Positions 21,221-30,848 of a stretch of DNA of 64,000 nucleotides are shown here, piece by piece. This DNA is from a virus (lineage: Duplodnaviria; Caudoviricetes). A program made the position numbers and the translations under genes. Numbering within the stretch: the first letter of the stretch is position 1; every line of letters begins with the position of its first letter. Under the pieces are notes generated by a model. That model saw only the letters and a list, made by a program, of their open reading frames with translations, ran no database searches and was not told the origin of the DNA. The DNA lies in IMG/VR virus record IMGVR_UViG_3300028048_000091, positions 1 to 64,000 of that record. One strand, 5' to 3'.

Positions 21221-22003
21221 ATGGTATTAGATGATTTAATTACTAAACTTACAGAAGTAAGGGACACAGTTGGTGGTACAACACCTATTCATGGTTTTGA
21301 TAATAAGAAATTGCTTCTTATTGATGAAAATGATGATGGCCTTAAACAAAGTGAACGATGCGGAAATTGTGGAAAATGGCTTGAATTTGTTGATGAGGAA
21401 AAATATCAGCGTATTATTGATATTAGAAAAGATAACGAATGCAATTGCGGAGTTTATGCATACTACTCAGACGGAACTATTAAACAGTATGAACAAGCTG
21501 ATAGTAATGCAATTGGTGTAGCTGTTATCACAAAAGAGCATTCTTTTGTTATTGATAAATTTGATGTTTCATTTAAGGATAAAAACGTTTTTTCTTTCGG
21601 GTTTTGCAATAAATGTGCCCCTACTTGCGGAATTACGCTAACAAGTGATAAAGAAAAAGCCGTAAAAGATTATTGCGGAGAGGGAAATACAACGGTTTTA
21701 TTGGATGCAGGTTTAGAAAAAAATGAAGTACCAACAGATGTTGCCGCATTTTATTGCCATTTTTGCTTTAATAGCAAAGGTTATTTGCCAGCACTTGGCG
21801 AATTAAAATTAGCGCAAAAATATAAGGAAAATATTAATAGAATGCTAATAAAGATAGGTGGCAAAGAAATGCGTGGATTGTATTGGTCATCAACCTTATA
21901 TGATATGTCTACCGATTCGTGGCTTCTCGATTGGAGTTATGGTGGTGTCACTAACGACGGTAGGGATAACTACTATTACGTTAGGGCGTTCGCTGCTCTT
22001 TAA
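21221..22003 (+). CDS. C-type-lectin-fold (DUF1566-like) DGR target protein
   Basis: GVYAYYSDG...GYLPALGEL...YWSSTLY...YVRAFAAL, homologous to both C-terminal domains of 32098-34593. Confidence 0.8.
   Translation: MVLDDLITKLTEVRDTVGGTTPIHGFDNKKLLLIDENDDGLKQSERCGNCGKWLEFVDEEKYQRIIDIRKDNECNCGVYAYYSDGTIKQYEQADSNAIGVAVITKEHSFVIDKFDVSFKDKNVFSFGFCNKCAPTCGITLTSDKEKAVKDYCGEGNTTVLLDAGLEKNEVPTDVAAFYCHFCFNSKGYLPALGELKLAQKYKENINRMLIKIGGKEMRGLYWSSTLYDMSTDSWLLDWSYGGVTNDGRDNYYYVRAFAAL
21881..22000 (+). repeat. DGR variable region VR1
   Basis: Aligns to 33661-33783 and 34471-34590 with differences concentrated at codon positions 1-2. Confidence 0.8.
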
Positions 22004-22035
22004 AACTTTTTAATATTTAAAAATCATTTATAACT

Positions 22036-22500
22036 ATGCAAAAAGTAATTGGAACAACTGAGGACAGGTTAAACAGATTTATGTCCATGTGTCTTGAATG
22101 GCAGAGAGATTTACGTAATGGTATTTATCACCCAGCAGCTTATTACTTCACCAATTATCATCTTGGTAAGGTTAAGAAGGAAATGCTTGGTGACTTAAAG
22201 CATGTTGTTGTTGACCGTGATTGGGCAATTGATAAAATGAATGAAATTAGCCTTTTCCGTGCCGAGAATGAGATTGGTAATGGGTTTAATGCCAATAACC
22301 GTACAATCTATAATAAGACTAATCGTAAGGCCTCTGCAACACGTCAGCTTGACCTGTTTGGAAATACTACAACTGTTAAGACAAAGACCAAGCAGAAGAA
22401 AACTACGGCAACAAAGCTAAGTCCTGATACCAAGGCATTTGAACTAATGAATGAACTCCTATCACTTGGATATAAGGTGACATTGGAGAAGAAAGTTTAA
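22036..22500 (+). CDS. Hypothetical protein
   Basis: Last gene of the + block; followed by a hairpin plus T tract at ~22530-22570. Confidence 0.6.
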   Translation: MQKVIGTTEDRLNRFMSMCLEWQRDLRNGIYHPAAYYFTNYHLGKVKKEMLGDLKHVVVDRDWAIDKMNEISLFRAENEIGNGFNANNRTIYNKTNRKASATRQLDLFGNTTTVKTKTKQKKTTATKLSPDTKAFELMNELLSLGYKVTLEKKV

Positions 22501-22816
22501 TCATCTTTTTTTATATTTATAATTTTTTCCGTCCGTTGATGCTGTAATAAGGTGTTGATGGACGTTTTTTCTTGATTTTTGCCATCAGCAGATACTATAT
22601 TTATAGTATAATATATTAAGAAGTAATATTATGCATTTGTTAGAAAAATTAATTAATATTTGTTATGGTTATGCTGGGAATAGTTTAATGTATAACCAAT
22701 TTATAGTGAATATTGCCTTGTTATTAACAGCAATCTAACTTCTCCTAAATATTTGCAAAATTTGGGTGTAAAAAAAAACGGAACTACCTTTTTTGGTAAT
22801 TCCGAATTTATGGTTT

Positions 22817-23314
22817 CTAACACAGTACTGGGTCAGCTTGCTCATACCCCACATGAAGTGGCCGTCCTTCTGCTTTTAAATCTTGTGGATTATCAGGACT
22901 TAATACTCCGATGTTATATTGCGGACCGTCTGTGATTGTCATTTTGTCACGGTATTTCTGTTCCATTTTATTCACACATTCATTTTCCTTTAACTTTTGA
23001 AGGTTACAATATAGTCTGTCCTTGAAGTCATTTACAAGCATTGTAAGGTCTTCAGGTTCATCAACAGCCCATCTGTCCGTCTTTATGACAAGATAGTACC
23101 CTTGCTTATTTAAAGCCTCTTCACGGCTACATATTGCGTCCTCTGCCTCTATTGTGATTGTTTGAACAGGGTCATCTTCTGTACGCATATTGGTATCATT
23201 CTCTTGAATATAGGTGATGGACATCTTTTCTATTCCTATCTCACATACTTTGCCATTACTTTCGGGTAATGCATAAGGCAAAATCTCAATTCTATAATCT
23301 CTATTGTTATCCAT
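22817..23314 (-). CDS. Hypothetical protein
   Basis: 165 aa ORF. Confidence 0.6.
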   Translation of the reverse strand: MDNNRDYRIEILPYALPESNGKVCEIGIEKMSITYIQENDTNMRTEDDPVQTITIEAEDAICSREEALNKQGYYLVIKTDRWAVDEPEDLTMLVNDFKDRLYCNLQKLKENECVNKMEQKYRDKMTITDGPQYNIGVLSPDNPQDLKAEGRPLHVGYEQADPVLC

Positions 23315-23326
23315 ATTTTATATATT

Positions 23327-24193
23327 TTATAATACTGTTATTAACCGTTTAGTTATGTCTGGTAATGAAACCTTCTCATATGTTGCATCATCTTTAAGCC
23401 ATATAAGCCTCCTATCGATTATTTCATATCCAAGTTGTTCAAGACCTAACTGATAGAGGTTTAATTGTAGTGTATAAAGTGATTTAGGTTCATTGATAAA
23501 GTCCGTAAAAGGTTCAAGAAGGGTTTCATTTCTACTCCTTGCAAAATCATTATAAATGTCATTATTAGTTTTATAATCGTGTAGAAGAAGTTTCCACTTA
23601 CCTTGTTGTTTCATTGCTAAAAGTATGTCAAAAGTTCCTGCGTATGGGTTCTTAACATTGAATTTATCATTAACCCCCATATATATTCTTGCTTCCGGCA
23701 TAACAGGGTAAATTTCATCTATCTTGTATAAATCTTCCCAATAATGCATAACAGCGTTTTCCTTTGGTGAATGTGGAAAAAGATACCCTTCTTCATATTG
23801 AGGTTTTGTTATATTTGATATTTGCTCAGGATGCCCTTGCATAAAATGCATGAAATCTTCTCCGTAAAGATGAACTCCTGTACCTAAATTTGTGGCTTGA
23901 TGGTTATGTTCAAACCATTCACGTTTAAGTTGTTCATACGTTACACCAAGTTTTAATGCTTTTGCAGCACAAATCTCATCCCAATCCACTTCAGGCTCAA
24001 ACCTATGTGCTGTAGCACTTACACTTGGCAATTCCGTTTTTGTACCGTCAGATTGTGGTAAGTAATACTTATGTACATCTTCTATGAATTCAAGATTAGA
24101 GAACGTCTTTGTGATATTTTCCCTTATTTCTTTAACCTCATCTGGCTCAGGATTTCTTTCAAGCCTTTTTTTTATATCATTAATATTTAGCAT
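23327..24193 (-). CDS. PD-(D/E)xK exonuclease (Cas4/RecB-like)
   Basis: HKYY, PSVS, GTGVH, AGTFD..DYKTN, YTLQLNLY. Confidence 0.8.
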   Translation of the reverse strand: MLNINDIKKRLERNPEPDEVKEIRENITKTFSNLEFIEDVHKYYLPQSDGTKTELPSVSATAHRFEPEVDWDEICAAKALKLGVTYEQLKREWFEHNHQATNLGTGVHLYGEDFMHFMQGHPEQISNITKPQYEEGYLFPHSPKENAVMHYWEDLYKIDEIYPVMPEARIYMGVNDKFNVKNPYAGTFDILLAMKQQGKWKLLLHDYKTNNDIYNDFARSRNETLLEPFTDFINEPKSLYTLQLNLYQLGLEQLGYEIIDRRLIWLKDDATYEKVSLPDITKRLITVL

Positions 24194-24206
24194 ATATATA
24201 TTTTTT

Positions 24207-24251
24207 TGCAAATATACTACAAAAAAACGAGACTTCCAAAGAAATCTCGTT
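24207..24251 (-). promoter_or_regulatory. Fused terminator-promoter, second copy
   Basis: Minus strand aacgagatttctttggaagtctcgtttttttgtagtatatttgca, near-identical to 19025-19069. Confidence 0.65.
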
Positions 24252-24268
24252 CAATTTTTAGCTTTCTT

Positions 24269-24787
24269 TTAGAATGGCAAATCATCAGCCCCATCATCAG
24301 TTGTAGTCGTTGGAGCAGGTGGTGGTGTAGGTGCTGCCTTAACAGTACCTGTTGTAGGATTACGTGGTGCTGCCTTCTTTGGTGCTGCCGTAGTTGTTGG
24401 GGTTGCCACTGTTGCAGTGGTTGGTGTTGCACCTACAGTATTGTCAGCATCTGATTTATTGCTGAAATTATCATCAAACATAACAGTATCTGCAATAACC
24501 TCAAGACCAGGGTCTAACTCATTATTTGCACTTCTTACATAAGGACTTGCTTTCAGATTACCCATAACCTCTACTGTCTTACCCTTTGTCAAATAAGGTA
24601 CAAGGCGTTCAAGATTTGGATTTGAAGACAGGAAACCTACAACTCGGAACCAATATGTTTCTGTACCGACTGTACCACCTACATACTCATTGTTTGCAAT
24701 ACGGAACTCAACAAGACGTGAGCCAGTGGTTGTCATTTTAATCTCCGCATTGGCCGCTAAACGGCCTGATAACATAATTTTTCTCAT
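24269..24787 (-). CDS. ssb: Single-stranded DNA-binding protein
   Basis: OB-fold SSB motifs (GRL, WFRV, LTKGK.V.V.G.L) and acidic DDLPF tail. Confidence 0.9.
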   Translation of the reverse strand: MRKIMLSGRLAANAEIKMTTTGSRLVEFRIANNEYVGGTVGTETYWFRVVGFLSSNPNLERLVPYLTKGKTVEVMGNLKASPYVRSANNELDPGLEVIADTVMFDDNFSNKSDADNTVGATPTTATVATPTTTAAPKKAAPRNPTTGTVKAAPTPPPAPTTTTDDGADDLPF

Positions 24788-24899
24788 GTTCTTTAAAATT
24801 ATTTGTTAAAATTTAAATTAATATTTACTATCTCTAATTTTCAGTTGCAAATATACTACGTTTTTTCCAAACTTCAAAATGTTTTTCCGTTAATTTTTG

Positions 24900-25976
24900 T
24901 TAAAACCTCACTCCACGCTTCTCTAACTCGTTAATTAGGTCTTGTACCGTATTAAGTACTATTGTTCCATCTTCTGGAATGAACTTAATATTATACTTCT
25001 TTTCCAAAGCGATAGTAAGTTCAACTAAATCCAAACTATCGAATGCTAAATCATTGTAGAAGTTAGTAGACTTAGTAATTGCAATATCATCATCAGCAGT
25101 TAATATTCTTATTTCTTCCTCTAAGTCCTTTGGAATTGCTTCCTTTGTTCTACAATAGTTGATATCCGGTATAATGTGCATATCTATAAACTTCTTTTTA
25201 TTATTTTCAGCCATAATTGGAAATGCATCGAATGCTTTCCATACGCTTCTATCGTAATCGGTATTTAAATCATCATTATGATAATGTTCTACTACCTTAT
25301 ATATAAATCTACCGTATTTCTTTCCATCATCAAATGTATTCCAATCAATACCCTTTTCGTCAAGAAGTAATTTGATTTGTTCATCAGTATCAAGTCTCTC
25401 CAATGTCTTATGTGAAAGCCATGCCTGTGCTGTCTGCTGTTTGGAGTTACGAATACAATCAATCTGTCTCCATAATATATAGGCATAAACATCATTAAGA
25501 TTATCTACGGAAAATGCCTTACAATCAAAGTCAGCCAACTTTGCATCCATAATCATCTGCTTTAAATCTGCATTTGAACATGGCGTATCACAAAGGTCAG
25601 CAAATACCATCTGATTGAATTTAGCAGTTGCCATGGCCGGAATAATGGATAATATTTTTGTTAACCTGTTTCCAAAATATGCACAGGTATTCTCTGTTTC
25701 GAAATCAGTTAATACAAAAGTAATCTCATCACTCTGTGTATATGCAAACTTACAACCCTCTACCTTTTTGCATACATATTTTCCAACCTCATTCATCATA
25801 TTGATGAACTTATCATCAAACGGCTTCTTGTACTTATTCTTAATTAATTTGCTAAATGAATGGCCATCAATGCAAACGATTACATAACTTTTCAATGGAA
25901 GTTTATAATCAGTTGCACTACGTAACTTGGTCATCCTCTCTTTAAGAGAAACTGTTTTTGTATCTTTTTCTATCAT
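24900..25976 (-). CDS. tRNA(His) guanylyltransferase (Thg1-like) fused to a C-terminal acyl carrier protein domain
   Basis: IDGHSFSK, YTQSDEI, FDCK, WRQIDC.RNS; C-terminal DLAFDSLDLVEL...LEKKYNI...TVQDL. Confidence 0.85.
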   Translation of the reverse strand: MIEKDTKTVSLKERMTKLRSATDYKLPLKSYVIVCIDGHSFSKLIKNKYKKPFDDKFINMMNEVGKYVCKKVEGCKFAYTQSDEITFVLTDFETENTCAYFGNRLTKILSIIPAMATAKFNQMVFADLCDTPCSNADLKQMIMDAKLADFDCKAFSVDNLNDVYAYILWRQIDCIRNSKQQTAQAWLSHKTLERLDTDEQIKLLLDEKGIDWNTFDDGKKYGRFIYKVVEHYHNDDLNTDYDRSVWKAFDAFPIMAENNKKKFIDMHIIPDINYCRTKEAIPKDLEEEIRILTADDDIAITKSTNFYNDLAFDSLDLVELTIALEKKYNIKFIPEDGTIVLNTVQDLINELEKRGVRF

Positions 25977-26058
25977 CTTGTTTATTATGTTTAAATTATA
26001 TTACATCGGGTATAATTAAGGTATATTTTTGCTAAATTATATCCTATCAGGTATAGTT

Positions 26059-26418
26059 TTACAATTGATACAAATCTAACCTATTCTTGAGGTCATTATA
26101 ATACTTTTTTGCCGCCTCATAGGTATTGAAGTATATAGTATCAGTTGTTTGGTTCATATACTCTATTTCTACATATGGCTTGACATATACTGTGCCGTCC
26201 TCAATAATGTTATTATCAGCCAATATCTCACTTTCCTTTATACCAAATTGGTAGTGGTAAAACGGTGTGGAATATATGTCTTCTGTGTATGTACTTTTCT
26301 TGAAAAAACCGGTAAGATAAGTATCACCTTTTCTGTGAATGATACTATATTGCCTTTTGTTTACTTCTCTATTATGGACTTTAATTGCTTTTACATGTTG
26401 TTTATTAATTGAAATCAT
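26059..26418 (-). CDS. Hypothetical protein
   Basis: 119 aa ORF. Confidence 0.55.
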   Translation of the reverse strand: MISINKQHVKAIKVHNREVNKRQYSIIHRKGDTYLTGFFKKSTYTEDIYSTPFYHYQFGIKESEILADNNIIEDGTVYVKPYVEIEYMNQTTDTIYFNTYEAAKKYYNDLKNRLDLYQL

Positions 26419-26453
26419 TGTATATGTTTAAATTAATTAATAGTTTTTTGGTA

Positions 26454-26855
26454 TTATCCTAATAATGTTGGATTAAATACTATAATGTAGAATGTTACCA
26501 AAATCTGTATCAAATGTATTATTTGGTCTGTCCAAAGGTTAATCTTATATCTATTAGCCTTCAGGTCATCCACGAATGCATGGATAGCAGTATTAATAAG
26601 GAATAGTTTAATTAGAAGCCAATCACTTGTATCAGTAAGAAACATAACCGGTAATAACACCATTATTGACCATGATATTGCATGCATGATTAGTGCACTG
26701 ATATAGTCGGATTTATATTCCTCGAAACTGATATGATTTTTCTTACATTCCTTTACCCACCATGACTTACATTTCAGATTGGATAGAGAAATAGGTTGCA
26801 AACAAAAATCATCAATAATGTGGCATAAACCCATTAATAATATTATCTTTATCAT
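26454..26855 (-). CDS. DUF3307-like membrane protein
   Basis: HIIDDFCLQ...HAFVD...DQIIH. Confidence 0.75.
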   Translation of the reverse strand: MIKIILLMGLCHIIDDFCLQPISLSNLKCKSWWVKECKKNHISFEEYKSDYISALIMHAISWSIMVLLPVMFLTDTSDWLLIKLFLINTAIHAFVDDLKANRYKINLWTDQIIHLIQILVTFYIIVFNPTLLG

Positions 26856-26947
26856 TCTACTTTTTTCTTAATTTTTTGCAAAAATACTAAAAATTTGTCA
26901 TAAAAACAAATATTTCATTTTAAACTTTGTTAAAATTCGTATATTTG

Positions 26948-27682
26948 TCAAATCATTATTACATTTCCTTCTTGATGATAGACAAAACCGTCATCTAACA
27001 TTTTCATCCATTCTTCTTTAGTTGCCTTGAAACTTGCAAAAGTACTTGCATTATCGGCACACCATTCACACAGTTCTTCAAATGTAGAGAATACAGGACT
27101 TATGGGACTACCTTCAGATGTCGTTTCCCAAAGTTGGTATCCATCACCGGTTGGCGGTTCTATCCATTCGTATTCCTCATGAAGTTTCTTAATTTCCGGT
27201 GTCTGCCATACAACACCTTCACCTTCACAATGAGGGCAAAACAATTGATAGCCATTACGCCTACAGTATTCCTCTGTTAATTGCCATTCTAATCTGCTAT
27301 CTGTTATGCGTTGGTTTTTTAGAACGTAATTTTTAATTTCCTCATAAGGTACAGGTTCATCATTTTCAAACAGTTCTTTTTTGAGTTCATCTTTAGAAAG
27401 AATAAAATCGTATTCCCAACGTTCCAAACTATATGGCTTCTCATTTGGATTATATTGACAGCCTGTTCTATAAGGATGCTGTATATACTTCCCGCCACAT
27501 TTAAAACCATACCAACGGTTTTGATATTCCGTTGCTTCTTTTGTCAGTCCATTACTGCATCTTTCATCTTTATTATAGCAATACGGACAATCTACACCTT
27601 TATATGGATTAATATATCCTTTCCATACTCTATGCCAAGGCCAATCAAAATTCATTGGCACTCTTTTTAATGTTCTTCCCAT
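26948..27682 (-). CDS. Conserved hypothetical phage protein
   Basis: MGRTLKRVP.NFDWP, CxxC pairs, GYQLWETTSEGSPISPVF. Confidence 0.65.
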   Translation of the reverse strand: MGRTLKRVPMNFDWPWHRVWKGYINPYKGVDCPYCYNKDERCSNGLTKEATEYQNRWYGFKCGGKYIQHPYRTGCQYNPNEKPYSLERWEYDFILSKDELKKELFENDEPVPYEEIKNYVLKNQRITDSRLEWQLTEEYCRRNGYQLFCPHCEGEGVVWQTPEIKKLHEEYEWIEPPTGDGYQLWETTSEGSPISPVFSTFEELCEWCADNASTFASFKATKEEWMKMLDDGFVYHQEGNVIMI

Positions 27683-27685
27683 AAA

Positions 27686-28147
27686 TTATTCTACTGTTTT
27701 CAGTATTTCCTCAAACATCGGTTTGATTTCTTTTGTAATTTCAAGCATTTTTTGATATATTGCATTATATCTTTTCAAATCATTCTCATCAACATTATCT
27801 TCACGAATTTTAAGTGCTTTCGTCAATCCAATTAATTCTTCCATTGGGTGACATAGTTTGCGTAATTTCAATGCCGGATGGTCTAATTTCTCTACAATAA
27901 TATCATATTGTTTTGCCCACTCAGGCTGCCAATCTATTATTTCATTTCGTGTTTGAAACGCAAAATACTCTGTTGTGTAATTAGTTGCTTGTTTTTCATA
28001 TTTTGTCGTTTCTACTGTTTGTGTATGTACTTTTTCACCATTAATGAATTTCCAATGCGGAACCATACGTGTAAAATATACTGATTGTCCGTCATTAATG
28101 TTAGTTAAACGAATAATGTAGTTGTACCTTGATTTAACCGTTTCCAT
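27686..28147 (-). CDS. Hypothetical protein
   Basis: 153 aa ORF. Confidence 0.55.
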   Translation of the reverse strand: METVKSRYNYIIRLTNINDGQSVYFTRMVPHWKFINGEKVHTQTVETTKYEKQATNYTTEYFAFQTRNEIIDWQPEWAKQYDIIVEKLDHPALKLRKLCHPMEELIGLTKALKIREDNVDENDLKRYNAIYQKMLEITKEIKPMFEEILKTVE

Positions 28148-28173
28148 AATTTATATTTTTTTACATTTTTTTG

Positions 28174-28298
28174 TGACAGAAGCAGGACTCGAACCTACGT
28201 AAAAGAAGTTAAGGACGGCTATTCTTCTCTCTATGCTTTCCCCATTACCGTCATATAGTTGGGCACCCAGCGTTCTAAACCATCTGAACTATTCTGCC
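28174..28298 (-). tRNA. tRNA-like RNA with non-canonical, expanded anticodon/variable region (isotype not assignable)
   Basis: Acceptor GGCAGAA/TTCTGTC, D-arm GTTC-AGATGGTTTA-GAAC, T-arm GTAGG-TTCGAGT-CCTGC; ~72 nt between D and T arms; own promoter at 28315. Confidence 0.6.
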
Positions 28299-28445
28299 TT
28301 TTTCTTAATTTTTTTGCAAAGATACTACAAATTTTTTAAACAAACAAATATTTTCTGTTAATTTTTACTAAAAAATTTACTATATTAATATTAATAAGGT
28401 AGAAAATAATTATTTTTAACTATAATATAATAGAAAATTACATAT

Positions 28446-29231
28446 ATGACAGATTTTTCTAAACAATACTTAACATTAGAGGCATTAGAGGATGGTATAA
28501 TCAAACTCATCAGAAACATATCAGAAGGTAACGAAAATAAATATCCTCTGAAAGATATACAATACAGCAAGAATGATGGTGAATGGATTGACTATACATA
28601 TAACGATGAAATAACAGTTGTTACAGGTGATAAAATAAGGTGGAAAGCCTTGTGGAATGATGGTGTATCATTCTTTATGTATAACAACAATTTCAAAGTC
28701 AATTGTCTATATAAGGCCTATGGCAATCCTATATCACTGTTAAAAGGTGATGAGTTTGCAGATGTCACAAACCTAACGACACACAATGGTGCATTTGCAG
28801 GCCTTTTCCTTGGCGAAGAGAAATTAACTGATGTATCTGATATATCATTACCGGCCACTACATTAACAAGTGATTGTTATGTTGCCATGTTCCAAGGCTG
28901 TAAGTTAATAACATCTGCTCCTGAATTACCTGCAACAATTGTTGCCTATGACTGCTATATGCAGATGTTTGCTGATTGTACCTCATTGACAGATGCACCG
29001 GTGTTACCTGCAACTAAATTGGCAATAAGCAGTTACTATTGCATGTTCTTGGGCTGTACGTCTCTTAAACATGTTAAATGCTATGCAACAAATATAACAG
29101 CATTGAACTGCACAGGGCATTGGTTGAATAATGTGGCAACAAGAGGTATATTCGAAACAGCAGGTGCTTCATGGAAGACAGGAGAATCCGGTATCCCTGA
29201 AGGTTGGACGGAAAAGGAAATTAATGAGTAA
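28446..29231 (+). CDS. BspA-like leucine-rich-repeat protein, probably virion/surface associated
   Basis: Repeated LPATTL..CY..MF.GC..L units. Confidence 0.7.
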   Translation: MTDFSKQYLTLEALEDGIIKLIRNISEGNENKYPLKDIQYSKNDGEWIDYTYNDEITVVTGDKIRWKALWNDGVSFFMYNNNFKVNCLYKAYGNPISLLKGDEFADVTNLTTHNGAFAGLFLGEEKLTDVSDISLPATTLTSDCYVAMFQGCKLITSAPELPATIVAYDCYMQMFADCTSLTDAPVLPATKLAISSYYCMFLGCTSLKHVKCYATNITALNCTGHWLNNVATRGIFETAGASWKTGESGIPEGWTEKEINE

Positions 29232-30170
29232 CTATTTCCAAGATGTAGGCTCTAAATCATTGTATTGGTTACAATCTTTCTGTGCCTTAACAATGGCCTT
29301 ACCTATTCGTTTAACGATTTCCCTATCGGAATATTCAGCATATTTGATTAATTCATTAACCGTTAGATTCAGACCCATACCACGATTTGGGTCTTTATTA
29401 TTTATAACGTTTAGTAAAGCTGTAACTCTTGGACTATCTTTATGCTGCATTAGCCATTCTTTGTCTCTTCTTAATTGTAACAAACCTTGGTATACGGGAC
29501 TTTCTTCTATAACAACGCTTGTTGGTTTGCCAATTTCCTTGTAATTATTCACTAACAACGCATATAAGCCATTGACATATGCCTCATTTTCACATTTCCT
29601 TGTGAAATACATAATATTTCCAATTCTTTTGGCTGTTTCATCGTTTTTGCCAAAATATTCTTTTACAAACCTTGCTGCCTTATAGAAATTGTTATCCTCG
29701 AATGTTTTTCCTGATTTTGTGTCTTGGAAATAATGTTCTACCTCATGTTGTACGGTATCTGAAAAAGTAGTATCAACTATTTGACCACTGATGGCATGAA
29801 TATCAATAGATAATGTTAATGTGGATAGTTTAAAACTATTAGGAAAATGAGGTAATTTGTCTTTACCCTCATTATAGAAATTCCTATCTCTGAAATTGCA
29901 ATATCTGAAATATACTGTAATTGTCTTTCTAAATGCCTTAAAAGGAAAACTACCAATACGATAGGAAGCACCATCAATATTGGCAAAATATTGTTTAGGA
30001 TAACTGTTCAGTTTCTCCTTGATTTTATCCATGATTTTAAACGAGGCTTTGGTAGCACCATAGTGTATTCCAAGTTCCTCATTTACAACACAACGTATAT
30101 CTGAAAATAGTTGGCAATGTTGTTCTACCTCGTTAATATCTTGCACTAAATAATCAAAATTTCCACTCAT
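29232..30170 (-). CDS. HExxH zincin-like protein, paralog 2
   Basis: EELGI, QHEVEH, CENEAY, RIGKAIVKAQKDC; start set after the promoter at 30177. Confidence 0.6.
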   Translation of the reverse strand: MSGNFDYLVQDINEVEQHCQLFSDIRCVVNEELGIHYGATKASFKIMDKIKEKLNSYPKQYFANIDGASYRIGSFPFKAFRKTITVYFRYCNFRDRNFYNEGKDKLPHFPNSFKLSTLTLSIDIHAISGQIVDTTFSDTVQHEVEHYFQDTKSGKTFEDNNFYKAARFVKEYFGKNDETAKRIGNIMYFTRKCENEAYVNGLYALLVNNYKEIGKPTSVVIEESPVYQGLLQLRRDKEWLMQHKDSPRVTALLNVINNKDPNRGMGLNLTVNELIKYAEYSDREIVKRIGKAIVKAQKDCNQYNDLEPTSWK

Positions 30171-30218
30171 ATCATTTGCAAATATACTATTTTCCTTTGA
30201 AAGTACCAAATATTTTCC

Positions 30219-30677
30219 TTAGAGATATTGATTAGAGTAGTCTATAAGGTTTGGTGAGTACAGGAAATCAAGTATTTTCTCTGCTAACTTCTCATATTTG
30301 CTTTCCTTTGGAATAAGGTACAGATAATTGGATGGGGCTGTTTCATAGTTATTACAGTTTTCCTCCATTTCAACATAAAGCATCCAAGATGGTTTTTCAA
30401 TTTCACCGGTCATTACCTTATTAATAGTATAATGTACAAATTCAATCCTATCCTCTTGTGAATGACAAGTATTTGTGAATACCTCAGGTATCTCCATAGT
30501 CACAGGGGCTTCATCCCAATATTTGTAGTTTGCATAGGTATTCTCCTTGCAGAAAACACCATAGTAGAATAACTTATCAGGAGTTAATGGAATGTTGAAA
30601 ACAATGAAAAATTCCTGAAGCATATCCTTTAATGCCTCAACAGAATTACTTGAATATATAAATGTACCAATCTTCAT
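30219..30677 (-). CDS. Hypothetical protein
   Basis: 152 aa ORF. Confidence 0.6.
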   Translation of the reverse strand: MKIGTFIYSSNSVEALKDMLQEFFIVFNIPLTPDKLFYYGVFCKENTYANYKYWDEAPVTMEIPEVFTNTCHSQEDRIEFVHYTINKVMTGEIEKPSWMLYVEMEENCNNYETAPSNYLYLIPKESKYEKLAEKILDFLYSPNLIDYSNQYL

Positions 30678-30745
30678 TTTTTGATTTGTAATAAATTTTC
30701 ACTAATAAATAGATTTTTTTGAAGAAAATTTTGTCGTTTTTGGCC

Positions 30746-30772
30746 GTGATTTACTATTTAATAGTAAATCAC
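30746..30772 (-). promoter_or_regulatory. Palindromic TAT-TAA-ATA element
   Basis: gtgatttactat-taa-atagtaaatcac, perfect 12-bp arms. Confidence 0.55.
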
Positions 30773-30848
30773 TAAATTAATTAAAAAGAAAGGAACATTT
30801 AGATTAATTAATCTTTGTGTTCCTTTTGAATTATATGCTAATTTAACC

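Noticed and set aside
28174-28298. tmRNA or a standard tRNA isotype call
   Set aside because: Too short for tmRNA and has a D-stem; no canonical anticodon arm to assign
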